Source: a virus
Lineage: Duplodnaviria; Caudoviricetes
IMG/VR virus record: IMGVR_UViG_3300020174_000028
Span: 1 to 38,271 of that record
Reading direction: 5' to 3' (one strand)
Length of the DNA: 38,271 nucleotides
The translations under genes and the position numbers were made by a program. Of the stretch, positions 18,048 through 27,265 are shown piece by piece. Positions within the stretch are counted from its first letter, which is position 1. Each line of letters starts with the position of its first letter. The notes beneath the pieces are model-generated. The model made no database searches. It saw only the letters and a program-made list of their open reading frames with translations, and had not been told where the DNA came from.

Positions 18048-18911
18048 ATGATTATAGTAGATTATAGTGGTATTGCAGTTGCGGCTGCTTTTTCCCAAAA
18101 ACATCCCGATCAACTCGATCAGGGAGTAGTTCGTCATATGATTCTTAACTCGTTACGAATGCATAACATAAAGAATCGCGATAAGTACGGAAGTATGGTC
18201 ATTGCGTGTGACAGTAGTTCTTGGCGTAAGGAGATCTTTCCGGAGTACAAGGCTGCTCGTAAGAAGAGTCGAGAGACATCCAGTCTCGATTGGAACAGCT
18301 TTTTCACGATGGTGAATATAGTTCGTGATGAGATCAAGGAAAACTTTCCCTATCCAGTAATCACAGTGGATCGTGCGGAAGCAGACGATATTATCGGAAT
18401 ACTCGTTTCGGAGTTGCAGGAGTTTGGTCGTCACGAAGAGATATTGATTGTCTCTGGCGACAAAGACTTTCTTCAACTTCAACAGTTCTCAAACGTTAAA
18501 CAATACAGTCCGGTTCAACGCAAGTTCTTGACTTGTGAGAATCCACATCGTTATCTGTTTGAACATATCTGTAAGGGTGATGCAAGTGATGGTGTTCCAA
18601 ACGTTTTGAGTTCGGACAAAACCTTTACCGAAGAACTTAGACAAACTCCGCTTCGTGCGAAGAAGATCGACGAGTGGTGGGAAAATCGTCACAGCCTACA
18701 GAACCACATGGATCAAGAAGTATGGAGAAACTATCAGCGTAATGAATGGATGATCAATCTCCGGAAGACGCCGGCCGAGATTCGTGAGGAAGTCATTAAT
18801 CAGGTAGGGGAACAGAGCGGAAAAAACAACAATAAGATTCTTAACTATCTAGTCACGAACCGTTGCGGCCTTCTGGTCGAATCAGCACAAGAATTTTTCA
18901 CCAATAAATAA
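18048..18911 (+). CDS. rnh: T4-type RNase H (5'-3' exonuclease)
   Basis: IIVD, WRK...YKAAR, EADDII, SGDKDFLQL, GDASDGVPN. Confidence 0.95.
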   Translation: MIIVDYSGIAVAAAFSQKHPDQLDQGVVRHMILNSLRMHNIKNRDKYGSMVIACDSSSWRKEIFPEYKAARKKSRETSSLDWNSFFTMVNIVRDEIKENFPYPVITVDRAEADDIIGILVSELQEFGRHEEILIVSGDKDFLQLQQFSNVKQYSPVQRKFLTCENPHRYLFEHICKGDASDGVPNVLSSDKTFTEELRQTPLRAKKIDEWWENRHSLQNHMDQEVWRNYQRNEWMINLRKTPAEIREEVINQVGEQSGKNNNKILNYLVTNRCGLLVESAQEFFTNK

Positions 18912-18916
18912 AAATT

Positions 18917-19357
18917 ATGAGAGACAAAATTACACTTATGCCCCACGAGGTTTTCGCAAATGCTCAAAAGATCGAAGATCGAGATCAAAGAATTGCGTAT
19001 CTGAAAAGAAACGCATATCGTCAAGTGAAGACTATTCTTCAACTTGCATACAACGATAAGATTGAATTGGCCTTTCCGGAAGGAGCTCCTCCATACAAAG
19101 AGAATGAAGAGACCAAGTTTCCTATCGTAAGTATTGGAAGAGTATTCGCAAACATTGGAAATTGTACGAAGCAAGCAAAATTTTCGAAGATTCGAAAGGA
19201 AAGATGGTTCATTGGTATGCTTGAATCTCTTTCGGCCGAAGATGCAAAGATTTTGATCGCCGCAAAGGATGGCAAACTCTCCACCTTTGCAAACAAGAAA
19301 TACTCCAAGATCACAAAAACCTTGGTAAGAGATACATTTCCGGAATTATTGAGTTGA
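18917..19357 (+). CDS. conserved hypothetical protein
   Basis: FPEGAPPYK...KERWFIGMLESL...AKILIAAKD; often follows rnh in T4-like phages; AATAAATA upstream. Confidence 0.75.
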   Translation: MRDKITLMPHEVFANAQKIEDRDQRIAYLKRNAYRQVKTILQLAYNDKIELAFPEGAPPYKENEETKFPIVSIGRVFANIGNCTKQAKFSKIRKERWFIGMLESLSAEDAKILIAAKDGKLSTFANKKYSKITKTLVRDTFPELLS

Positions 19358-19381
19358 CATCTATACCTTATGTGATAGTAT
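19354..19381 (+). promoter_or_regulatory. sigma70-type promoter with extended -10
   Basis: TTGACA-16nt-TAGTAT preceded by TGTGA; ATG follows after 6 nt. Confidence 0.7.
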
Positions 19382-19387
19382 GTTGTT

Positions 19388-19963
19388 ATGAATATTTTTA
19401 TACTTGATGAAGATCCACGTACTGCTGCGTCAATGCATTGTGACAAACACGTACCAAAGATGGTCGTTGAATCTGCACAAATGCTCTCAACTGCTCACCG
19501 TATGTTGGATGGTGTGGAAACAAAGAAACGATCCAAGAGTGGAAAAACGATGTCAAAGTATTATATGTTGGGCGATACTCGCGAGCATCATTTGTACAAT
19601 GCGGTTCATTTTAATCATCCTTGTACGGTATGGACTCGCGAATCATCCCAAAACTACCTCTGGCATTATGAACTTTTTATTGCTCTTTGTGACGAGTATA
19701 CAAAACGATACGGAAAAATTCACCTTACCGATAGGTCTTTACGAGAACACCTCAAAACAACACCAAACAATATTCCGGACATTGAAATGACACCATTTCG
19801 ATTAGCTATGAAAAGCAATCCGGAATGTATGGACGAGTCCGATCCCGTTGAGTCCTATCGCAAATTTTATATGACAAAACAAGAACGCTTCAAAATGGAG
19901 TGGAAGAACACACAAACACCTTATTGGTTTTCAACATGCCCAACTACGACTATCGCTGCATAA
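19388..19963 (+). CDS. pyrimidine dimer DNA glycosylase / endonuclease V family protein
   Basis: MNIFILD...HCDKHVPKM..ESAQMLSTAH, HFNHPCTVW, EY..RYGKIH, YRKFY. Confidence 0.85.
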   Translation: MNIFILDEDPRTAASMHCDKHVPKMVVESAQMLSTAHRMLDGVETKKRSKSGKTMSKYYMLGDTREHHLYNAVHFNHPCTVWTRESSQNYLWHYELFIALCDEYTKRYGKIHLTDRSLREHLKTTPNNIPDIEMTPFRLAMKSNPECMDESDPVESYRKFYMTKQERFKMEWKNTQTPYWFSTCPTTTIAA

Positions 19964-20181
19964 AGTGTGACAAGATCGAAGAACGATTTGTCACTATCGC
20001 AAAGAAAGATGATCCTCTTACTTGTTCATGTGAAGAGAAGGGAGAGCTCAAAAGAACGATCTCATCTCCTCCGATCACACATGATACAATTCATCCAATT
20101 AAAAGAGCAGGTTCCGGTTGGAACGATGTTCTACAACGAATAAAGAAAAATGCCGGAAGAAACAACATCGAAACCTACTAA
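19936..20181 (+). CDS. FmdB-like zinc-ribbon protein
   Basis: MPNYDYRCIKC...CSC...GWNDVL. Confidence 0.8.
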   Translation: MPNYDYRCIKCDKIEERFVTIAKKDDPLTCSCEEKGELKRTISSPPITHDTIHPIKRAGSGWNDVLQRIKKNAGRNNIETY

Positions 20182-20362
20182 TAAAGTCCTATGGATTGAT
20201 CCACCCGAGGGTTGGCGATATGGATTTCCAAGAGCATTGCCTGAAGGTATCGAAGGTGATGCAATCATTGAATGGATGATTGAATGTGGATATCCAAAGG
20301 AAAAGATCGAAGAATATGGAGAACATTTTTACTGTAGAACATGGTATGAAGAAAAAGGATAA
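20150..20362 (+). CDS. hypothetical protein
   Basis: IDPPEGWRYGFP motif typical of small phage proteins. Confidence 0.7.
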   Translation: MPEETTSKPTNKVLWIDPPEGWRYGFPRALPEGIEGDAIIEWMIECGYPKEKIEEYGEHFYCRTWYEEKG

Positions 20363-20468
20363 ACCAAAGAAGAAGAACGAATATCGCGAATACGATTCCT
20401 TCGAGAAATCTCGTAGAAAGAACATGCGAGTAAGCAGAAAAAAATCCAAGAGTTGGGACATTGATTAG
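20346..20468 (+). CDS. small basic hypothetical protein
   Basis: ATG at 20346; fills the gap to the late promoter. Confidence 0.45.
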   Translation: MKKKDKPKKKNEYREYDSFEKSRRKNMRVSRKKSKSWDID

Positions 20469-20476
20469 TATAAATA
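20469..20476 (+). promoter_or_regulatory. T4-type late promoter
   Basis: TATAAATA upstream of 20487. Confidence 0.8.
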
Positions 20477-20486
20477 GTAATAGATT

Positions 20487-21353
20487 ATGCGAAAAGTTCA
20501 CAATCATGTTGTGTGGTTTTCAGCATTTATCTCATTATTCTATATTAACGTTTTAGCGAACGAACTGACTCTGACATGGAATGATAACTCCTCCGACGAG
20601 GACGGATTTATAATTGAAAGATCATCAGATGCTGGAAACACTTACCAACAGGTTGGAACTGTTGGTCGTAACGTTACATACTTTATAGATCAGACAATAT
20701 CTACCGAAGTGATGTATCGATATCGGGTCTACGCCTTCAACAGTTTTGGTGCTTCAAATCCTTCGAACATTAGTGATCAATTTGTTACGATGACGTACAC
20801 GGCCGAAGACATCGAAGAAGCGGCAATCGAAGCCCAAGAAGAAGTCTTAAAGAATTACCGAGAGTACAATCTTTTCGATAGAGAAGACATAGAGAAGAGT
20901 AAGAGTGTTGTCAATGTTTCGACAAGAGGTACACTTGATGAAGGAGAAAGTTTTACTCAAGGCTTCGTTATTCTTGGAAACAATCAACGAGTTTTGATAC
21001 GAGCAGTCGGAGAAAAATTACAAGATATTGGAGTAAAGAATCCACTGGTCGATCCAAGAATATCCATTTACCAAAACAAATTTGATGGAAAAGGACCACA
21101 ACTCGTTGCGGAAAAGAATGACTGGATTGATGAGGAGAATACGGAGGAAATCATAGACCACATAAATAATCTTGGTGCCTTTCCTCTTTGGCCAGTATCT
21201 AACTTTCAGGGAATGGAGATGCCCACAAACGATATAACAAGTGTGGCTGCGATTGTAACTTTAGACTATGGACTTTATACTATTATTGCCGAAGGTAACA
21301 ACGGCAGCTCAGGTGAAATATTATTAGAAGTATATGAAATTGATGAATTTTAA
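20487..21353 (+). CDS. secreted fibronectin type III protein with Opitutae-type C-terminal domain
   Basis: Signal peptide; FN3 LTWNDNS.DEDGFIIERS...YRYRVYAFN; C-terminal NVSTRG...GFVI.G...VLIRAVG...DP...NDW...GAFPL...YT...LEVYE. Confidence 0.8.
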   Translation: MRKVHNHVVWFSAFISLFYINVLANELTLTWNDNSSDEDGFIIERSSDAGNTYQQVGTVGRNVTYFIDQTISTEVMYRYRVYAFNSFGASNPSNISDQFVTMTYTAEDIEEAAIEAQEEVLKNYREYNLFDREDIEKSKSVVNVSTRGTLDEGESFTQGFVILGNNQRVLIRAVGEKLQDIGVKNPLVDPRISIYQNKFDGKGPQLVAEKNDWIDEENTEEIIDHINNLGAFPLWPVSNFQGMEMPTNDITSVAAIVTLDYGLYTIIAEGNNGSSGEILLEVYEIDEF

Positions 21354-22017
21354 TCATGATCCAATTGATCTACCATACGAAGATTTAGTTGCAGAAACAA
21401 CTCCAAAGGGAAGAACGTATTTTACTCCAAGCGGAAACGCTCTTAAGTCGATCACTACGGTTCTGGGAGCAAAAAAGAAAGAAGCCCTTCTTGAGTGGAG
21501 AAAACGGGTTGGTGAAGAAGAGGCCAATCGCATATCACGTCATGCAACAACTCGGGGATCGGCAGTACACAATATTGCCGAGAGGTATCTCAACAACGAA
21601 GAGAACTATCTAAATGGCGAAAGTATGCCGCATGTTCTCTTTTCTTGGAAAACGATTCGAAAGATTCTTGATGAGAGAGTGAACAATATTCGATCTCAAG
21701 AAACTCCTCTCTACTCAGACACTTTACGAGTCGCCGGGCGAGTCGATCTCATAGCGGATTTTGACAATGAATCAGCGATTATCGATTTTAAAACATCCTC
21801 TCGAAGAAAGAGTCGAGATGACATCCACACCTATTTCATGCAGGCCTGTGCTTACTCTCTGATGCTTCAGGAACTCACCGAGATGGAGATTGAGAAACTG
21901 GTGATTCTGATGGTAGTGGATAACGATCCAAATCCGATCATCTTCGAAGAGAAACGAGAAGATTGGATTGATCCTTTGATTGCCGAAATCACCGAGTATT
22001 ACGAGAAGTATTGTTAG
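21334..22017 (+). CDS. PD-(D/E)xK exonuclease
   Basis: SITTVL, RGSAVH, AGRVDLIA, IIDFKTS, YFMQACAY. Confidence 0.9.
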   Translation: MKLMNFNHDPIDLPYEDLVAETTPKGRTYFTPSGNALKSITTVLGAKKKEALLEWRKRVGEEEANRISRHATTRGSAVHNIAERYLNNEENYLNGESMPHVLFSWKTIRKILDERVNNIRSQETPLYSDTLRVAGRVDLIADFDNESAIIDFKTSSRRKSRDDIHTYFMQACAYSLMLQELTEMEIEKLVILMVVDNDPNPIIFEEKREDWIDPLIAEITEYYEKYC

Positions 22018-22021
22018 ACAA

Positions 22022-22077
22022 TTTACAACTTTTTTACAAAATAAACTCTTGACATATTGTAATTTTTGAATTAGTAT
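22022..22077 (+). promoter_or_regulatory. early promoter with TTTACA repeat
   Basis: TTTACAACTTTTTTACA upstream, TTGACA-17nt-TAGTAT. Confidence 0.7.
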
Positions 22078-22086
22078 ACCTACATA

Positions 22087-22656
22087 ATGATGATACTAAC
22101 AGATTGTGATGGTGTTCTTGTCAACTGGATGAAGGTCTACAACGAGTGGATGGAAGAAGAAGGTTTTCGAAAAGAAAACTCTTCATACGAACTCCATGAA
22201 AGGTATGGCATTCCGGAAGAAGAATCAGACAAGTACATTCGATACTTCAACATGTCAGCGGAGATTGAACATCTTCCGCCTCTTCGCGACGCTATAAAGT
22301 ACGTTCGAAAGATGCACGAAAATCATGGAGCGACGTTTCATTGTGTTACTGCTCTGGGAACTAACAAAAGGTCTCACGTTCTTCGCGAAAAGAATCTGAA
22401 AAATCTCTTTGGCCCGACGGCGTTCAGTAAAGTTGACTGCGTTGAACGAGGTAGATTTAAGAAGCCCATCCTTGAAAAATATCGCGATACCGATGCGATA
22501 TGGGTAGAAGATTGCGTTAAAACCGCAATTGATGGATACGAACTTGGTTTGACGACTTTTCTCATGAATCACGATTACAACATTCACGAGGATATTCCGG
22601 ATGGAATCATTCGAGTTGACGGTTGGAAAGACATTTACTGGCACCTTTTTGGATGA
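22087..22656 (+). CDS. HAD-family phosphatase (gp30.2-like / 5'-nucleotidase-like)
   Basis: ILTDCDGVL, VTA, K, WVED. Confidence 0.85.
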   Translation: MMILTDCDGVLVNWMKVYNEWMEEEGFRKENSSYELHERYGIPEEESDKYIRYFNMSAEIEHLPPLRDAIKYVRKMHENHGATFHCVTALGTNKRSHVLREKNLKNLFGPTAFSKVDCVERGRFKKPILEKYRDTDAIWVEDCVKTAIDGYELGLTTFLMNHDYNIHEDIPDGIIRVDGWKDIYWHLFG

Positions 22657-22868
22657 TTGTAAGAGCAAAAATCGAAGACATTCTGGGAACTCATTGTCCA
22701 CCACCACGCGAAACTGAAAAGAATCGAAAGGGTGTGATGATCTATTCACACAAGACTGGAGGAGAGATTCAGGTCTTTTCTAACGAAGAATGGGATAGGA
22801 ACAAAAAGTATTATAAATCTAATCATGGCAGAAGCAACATGAAAAACTTTACCACATACAAAGCATAA
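22653..22868 (+). CDS. hypothetical protein
   Basis: ATGA overlap at 22653. Confidence 0.5.
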   Translation: MIVRAKIEDILGTHCPPPRETEKNRKGVMIYSHKTGGEIQVFSNEEWDRNKKYYKSNHGRSNMKNFTTYKA

Positions 22869-22870
22869 TT

Positions 22871-23185
22871 ATGAGACCACATATAGACGACGAAATATTT
22901 CGAGTTCGCGAATTTATGAATGAACTTTCGAAAGTACAGGATAATTACTACAATGAATTGGAGAAAAGACTTCTCGAAGATCCTCTTTACAGTGTAGAGA
23001 AAGTAAAAGAACTTATTGAAGAGCTTATCGGAGGACCATCTGATTTAATCAATGATGAAAAAGATCTACGAGAGTGGTTCTGGGATTATATGTACAACGG
23101 AGACGAAGAAAAAGACTTCATAGATTACTTAATTGATTTTCAGACTCAAAGAAATGAATACCTCAAAGAACTTGATAGATTATAA
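22871..23185 (+). CDS. acidic hypothetical protein
   Basis: Tightly packed ORF in a co-oriented run. Confidence 0.7.
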   Translation: MRPHIDDEIFRVREFMNELSKVQDNYYNELEKRLLEDPLYSVEKVKELIEELIGGPSDLINDEKDLREWFWDYMYNGDEEKDFIDYLIDFQTQRNEYLKELDRL

Positions 23186-23187
23186 TT

Positions 23188-23388
23188 ATGATGAGTAAAC
23201 ACGATTCCTATTACACTTACCAAGACGGTAAGGATAAATGGCTTAAAGACAATCCCGGCAAGGCCGTTCGAGACTTTGAGTATGCTGGAGCAGATGTGCA
23301 AAATCGATATGTACATCCTGAGATGGAAAAACGTGGTTTCAAGAAGAGACGTTACATCGGAGCTGGAGCCTGGGAGTGGAGTAGATAG
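23188..23388 (+). CDS. hypothetical protein
   Basis: Tightly packed ORF in a co-oriented run. Confidence 0.6.
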   Translation: MMSKHDSYYTYQDGKDKWLKDNPGKAVRDFEYAGADVQNRYVHPEMEKRGFKKRRYIGAGAWEWSR

Positions 23389-23399
23389 TATTACCAAAG

Positions 23400-23945
23400 A
23401 TGAAAGTAAAAATCTCTAATTACCCCGATAGACTTACGTGTAATTTATATGAAAATTACATGCATAAAAAGTATGGATACAGATGGCCCAAAGAACAGTA
23501 TTGGTTTGAAAACTTGCTTGAAAAGTTAGAAGACTTGGTACAGACTTGTTACATGCCGATAAATTGGTTACTCGACAAACGTAAGCAAAAAGTAAATGTT
23601 CGCATTGATCGATGGGATACTTGGAGTATGGATCACACTCTTGCTCATATTATTCTACCTATGCTTAAACAACTCAAGGAAACAAAAAAAGGCGATCCTT
23701 TTACAGACGATGAAGATGTTCCGCCAGAGTTACGTTCAACTAATGCAAAGACTAAAAAGAATGAATGGGATACCGACGAGTTTCATAATGATCGTTGGGA
23801 CTGGATACTAGATGAAATGATATACGCCTTTGATTGTAAAGCAAACAAGGATGAAGTGTATATGCGTTTTGATATCTATGATCAAAAAAGAATTTCAAAT
23901 GGTTTTAGATTGTTTGGTAAATACTATGAAAACCTCTGGGATTGA
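23400..23945 (+). CDS. conserved phage hypothetical protein
   Basis: IDRWDTWSMDHTLA.II.PMLKQL...WDWILDEMIYAF...GFRLFGKYY..LWD. Confidence 0.8.
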   Translation: MKVKISNYPDRLTCNLYENYMHKKYGYRWPKEQYWFENLLEKLEDLVQTCYMPINWLLDKRKQKVNVRIDRWDTWSMDHTLAHIILPMLKQLKETKKGDPFTDDEDVPPELRSTNAKTKKNEWDTDEFHNDRWDWILDEMIYAFDCKANKDEVYMRFDIYDQKRISNGFRLFGKYYENLWD

Positions 23946-24778
23946 TTATGAAGAAAATATCGATACACGCGAGCAATAACATTCCGTGGCATAAGAGATA
24001 CGCACAAGCAGCAAAGGAAGGATTGGAAAGACACGGCATTATTGTCAATATCACCAATTCGCGAAAGAGAGAATCCGATGTTGCAATGGTCATGGGCCCA
24101 AATCTTTTTCAGTCAATAGAAAAAGATGGAGGTGAGTTTATGATCATTAATCGTAAGTTTCTGGGATTCAATGAAAGAGATGCCCACGATATTGTTACGG
24201 TAAGTTGGAATGGATTCAATGGTATGGGCATGTTCTGCGTTGATCAGAATCGTATGAATAAAAGTCGATTGGAGAAGTATATCGATCCAAGAGATATTGA
24301 ACACTGGGCTTTGAACAGTGATAACTATCTTCTCTGTCAACAACACGACACCGGAAGAAGCACAAGATTTGATGATATTAATAAGTGGTATCGACATGTC
24401 CAAAGGAGAGTACACCCGAACAATCTGAAGATTCGACGAAAGATAACACTGGAGAATGTGGGTCGTGTCGAGTTTATGCGATCTCTACGCGAAGATCTAT
24501 CAGACGTAAAGGCGATCTTTTCTCTCAACTCAATCGTTTCGGTTGAAGCTCTCATTCTTGGAAAGGGAGTGATTACCAATGATCCAACCAATCCTTGTTA
24601 CGCTGTGGCTTTTAGTGAGATTGGATCTTCTATTCAACCATTTGATCGAACAGAGTTTTTGACTTACCTTGCCCATTGTCAATGGCATATCGACGAGATT
24701 CGAAACGGATCATTCTTTCAAAATATGACGTTTGGGCCATCCGGTCCAAGGTTACATGAAATCTCAATAAATAATTGA
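23942..24778 (+). CDS. glycosyltransferase-like protein (KpsC/KpsS-like C-terminal region)
   Basis: LLCQQHD...NSIVSVEALILGK...LAHCQW..DEI. Confidence 0.6.
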   Translation: MIMKKISIHASNNIPWHKRYAQAAKEGLERHGIIVNITNSRKRESDVAMVMGPNLFQSIEKDGGEFMIINRKFLGFNERDAHDIVTVSWNGFNGMGMFCVDQNRMNKSRLEKYIDPRDIEHWALNSDNYLLCQQHDTGRSTRFDDINKWYRHVQRRVHPNNLKIRRKITLENVGRVEFMRSLREDLSDVKAIFSLNSIVSVEALILGKGVITNDPTNPCYAVAFSEIGSSIQPFDRTEFLTYLAHCQWHIDEIRNGSFFQNMTFGPSGPRLHEISINN

Positions 24779-24779
24779 C

Positions 24780-25382
24780 ATGATAAGAGTTTTTATTGCA
24801 ACAGATGGAGATATTCATCAAGACGCCGAGAAGGTGGTTGAATACTCAATTAGGAAACATGCATCAGAAGAAGTAGATATCAATTTCATTCGGCCGGGTT
24901 GGAAGAGTGGTTGTACAGGATTCACTGTTCATCGTTTTCTGATTCCTTCTCTCTGTAACTTCGAAGGATATGCGATCTACTTGGATGTTGATATGCTTCT
25001 TCTTTCGGACATTAAAGAATTGTGGGAGTATCAACGGCCCGGCAAATGGATGACTACTCCAAAGAGAGATGATGTAAGTGTTATCGATTGTTCGGCATTT
25101 AAGGATCTACCAACACCCGAACAAATGCGAAATGAACCAAGAATATTCAATAAGAATTTTATTCGTAATTTGATTGGAAATCGTCACGTCGAAGGAATTC
25201 CATTGGATTGGAACACCTGTGATGTGGTAACAGAAACCGCTAAGTTGATACACTACACGGATCTTAACACACAACCATGGCATCCAATTCCTAACCACGA
25301 TTATAAGGAACATCCGAACTCCGATGCAGTGAATCTTTTCTTTGAGTATTTGAATGAGGCAAACAATTCCGAGATCGTATGA
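24780..25382 (+). CDS. GT-A fold glycosyltransferase (GT8-like)
   Basis: TGFT..RF.IP, AIYLDVDM, WN..D, LIHYT...QPW. Confidence 0.85.
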   Translation: MIRVFIATDGDIHQDAEKVVEYSIRKHASEEVDINFIRPGWKSGCTGFTVHRFLIPSLCNFEGYAIYLDVDMLLLSDIKELWEYQRPGKWMTTPKRDDVSVIDCSAFKDLPTPEQMRNEPRIFNKNFIRNLIGNRHVEGIPLDWNTCDVVTETAKLIHYTDLNTQPWHPIPNHDYKEHPNSDAVNLFFEYLNEANNSEIV

Positions 25383-26034
25383 AGGTCAAACAGCCGTCAT
25401 AATAGCGACTGGGCCTAGTATCAATGAGGAACAAATCTCTTTGGTTCGTTCGGTAAAGAATGTAAAGGTCATTACCGTCAACAATGCGTATCAGATCGCT
25501 CCCTTTACCAATATCCAAATTGCATGTAATGACAATTGGTGGGAATACTATCTGGCACACGATCCTCTTCTCAAAAAATTAGAAGCCGACTGTTGGACGA
25601 GATATAAGTACATTGCCGAGGAACATGGTATCAACTACATTGATAGTATCGTAAAAGATGGTCTCTCAACAGACCCTTCGGTAGTACACATCAATCATGG
25701 TAGTGGTCCTATGGCAATCAACTTTGCCACTCTCTATGGATTTAAGAAACTGATTCTTCTTGGACATGATATGCGATACGCAAAAGACTATGACGGTAAG
25801 TCGAAAGAGGTCGGCTCAACTCCACGTCACTACTTTGGAGAGTATCCAAAGTCAATGCAACACTTTCCACATTCAAAGAACTCCGTTGATGAAGAAGGTA
25901 AGATTGTTGGACTCATACGTACCTATAAAAAGATGGTAGATGATCTAATAAATATGAATGTGGATGTGGTAAATTGCACACCCAATAGTGCCTTGAATTG
26001 TTTTCGAAAATCTTCTTTAGAATCAGAATTATGA
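25354..26034 (+). CDS. MptE/Maf-like (sialyltransferase-like fold) transferase
   Basis: IIATGPS, VITVN, HGSG..AI..A...GFKKLILLGHD, VVNCT. Confidence 0.7.
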   Translation: MRQTIPRSYEGQTAVIIATGPSINEEQISLVRSVKNVKVITVNNAYQIAPFTNIQIACNDNWWEYYLAHDPLLKKLEADCWTRYKYIAEEHGINYIDSIVKDGLSTDPSVVHINHGSGPMAINFATLYGFKKLILLGHDMRYAKDYDGKSKEVGSTPRHYFGEYPKSMQHFPHSKNSVDEEGKIVGLIRTYKKMVDDLINMNVDVVNCTPNSALNCFRKSSLESEL

Positions 26035-26630
26035 ATAGACCAATATGTTTGTGGATGACTTCTCGTAGTAGGTCATCGTTGGTATCAAAGATCTTTGCCA
26101 ATCATGGTGTATGGTGGGGTGATACACTTAAGAAATCAAGGGGCTATGATACCTATGAGAATCAGGTCATCAAAAAAATTCAAAAGGATATAATCAAACC
26201 AAAGAGTGGAACTCTTCCCTATTTGGAGGAATTGGATCTCACCGAAGAAACTCAACAAAGATTTCATCAATCATTGAAACAACATATTGAAGATACAATG
26301 GCAAAGAACTGCGAAAAGTGGTCAATGAAAACAGGTGTGGAATATTTTAATGCATGGAGAGGTTTGAATCCTTACAACATCTTTATCAAAAGAGAAACTT
26401 CATCTATCGCAAAAAGTATAAGCGAAAAGAGAATCGGCGATTATGAAAGTGCGTTTCATGCTGCGAATTGGAGATTTGAGTATATGAATCGAATTCAAAA
26501 GGAACACGGAGGAGTCTTCATTAATACAGATGATATCATCAACGGAAACTATCAAGGCATAAGAGAAGCAATGGAATATTGTGGAATAGATTATAATGAA
26601 AGAGCGGTAGAATCCGCGATCACAAGATGA
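26031..26630 (+). CDS. sulfotransferase-like protein
   Basis: N-terminal SRSRSSLV resembling the PAPS-binding RSGT loop; YEN; IFIKR; ATG at 26031. Confidence 0.5.
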   Translation: MNRPICLWMTSRSRSSLVSKIFANHGVWWGDTLKKSRGYDTYENQVIKKIQKDIIKPKSGTLPYLEELDLTEETQQRFHQSLKQHIEDTMAKNCEKWSMKTGVEYFNAWRGLNPYNIFIKRETSSIAKSISEKRIGDYESAFHAANWRFEYMNRIQKEHGGVFINTDDIINGNYQGIREAMEYCGIDYNERAVESAITR

Positions 26631-27265
26631 TTTTAAATTGGGACAATCGTAATTGGGAGTGGAATCCCATTGATCAAAGCCTTCTTCGTGTGAATGATTG
26701 GACGATGGATTTCAATTCGGCACGACCATTCATCGAAAAGAAAAGAACTTCTATTCAAGCAGGTGGAGCGATGGGAATGTGGCCATGGCTCATGTCGAAA
26801 ACATTCGATAAAGTGTACACTTTCGAAGCATCGCCTGCAAACTATCAATACTTGAAAAAGAATGTCGAAGGAGTTTCGAACATCGAGTCTCACAATAAGG
26901 CACTTGGTAACGAAGACGGAAAGTGTACGATTAAACTACACGAAAAGGAGATCAATAACGCCGGTTGTTACTATACGGTCAATGATGTCGAAGGTGAAGT
27001 AGACTTGATTCAACTTGATACATTTTTTCCAAACATTGATGATGTCGATTTCATTCAACTTGATGTGGAAGGAAACGAACTGAGAGCATTGCAAGGAGCT
27101 GAAAAGATACTTGAGAGGTGTTCTCCGGTCATTATGCTTGAGAATAAGATGTTACCACATTCATCGGAGATTGGTCATAAACCAAACGATGCTGTCAAGT
27201 ATTTGACGAATATGGGTTATCGAGTTGTAACGAATGTTCACCGAGATGTAATTTTAAAACGATGA
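26627..27265 (+). CDS. FkbM-family SAM-dependent methyltransferase
   Basis: QAGGAMG, VYTFEA, LD...VDFIQLDVEGNE..ALQGA. Confidence 0.9.
   Translation: MILNWDNRNWEWNPIDQSLLRVNDWTMDFNSARPFIEKKRTSIQAGGAMGMWPWLMSKTFDKVYTFEASPANYQYLKKNVEGVSNIESHNKALGNEDGKCTIKLHEKEINNAGCYYTVNDVEGEVDLIQLDTFFPNIDDVDFIQLDVEGNELRALQGAEKILERCSPVIMLENKMLPHSSEIGHKPNDAVKYLTNMGYRVVTNVHRDVILKR

Noticed and set aside
21334-22017. Cas4 or CRISPR association of the exonuclease
   Set aside because: No Fe-S Cys cluster pattern and no array; it fits the ordinary T4-like phage PD-(D/E)xK exonuclease
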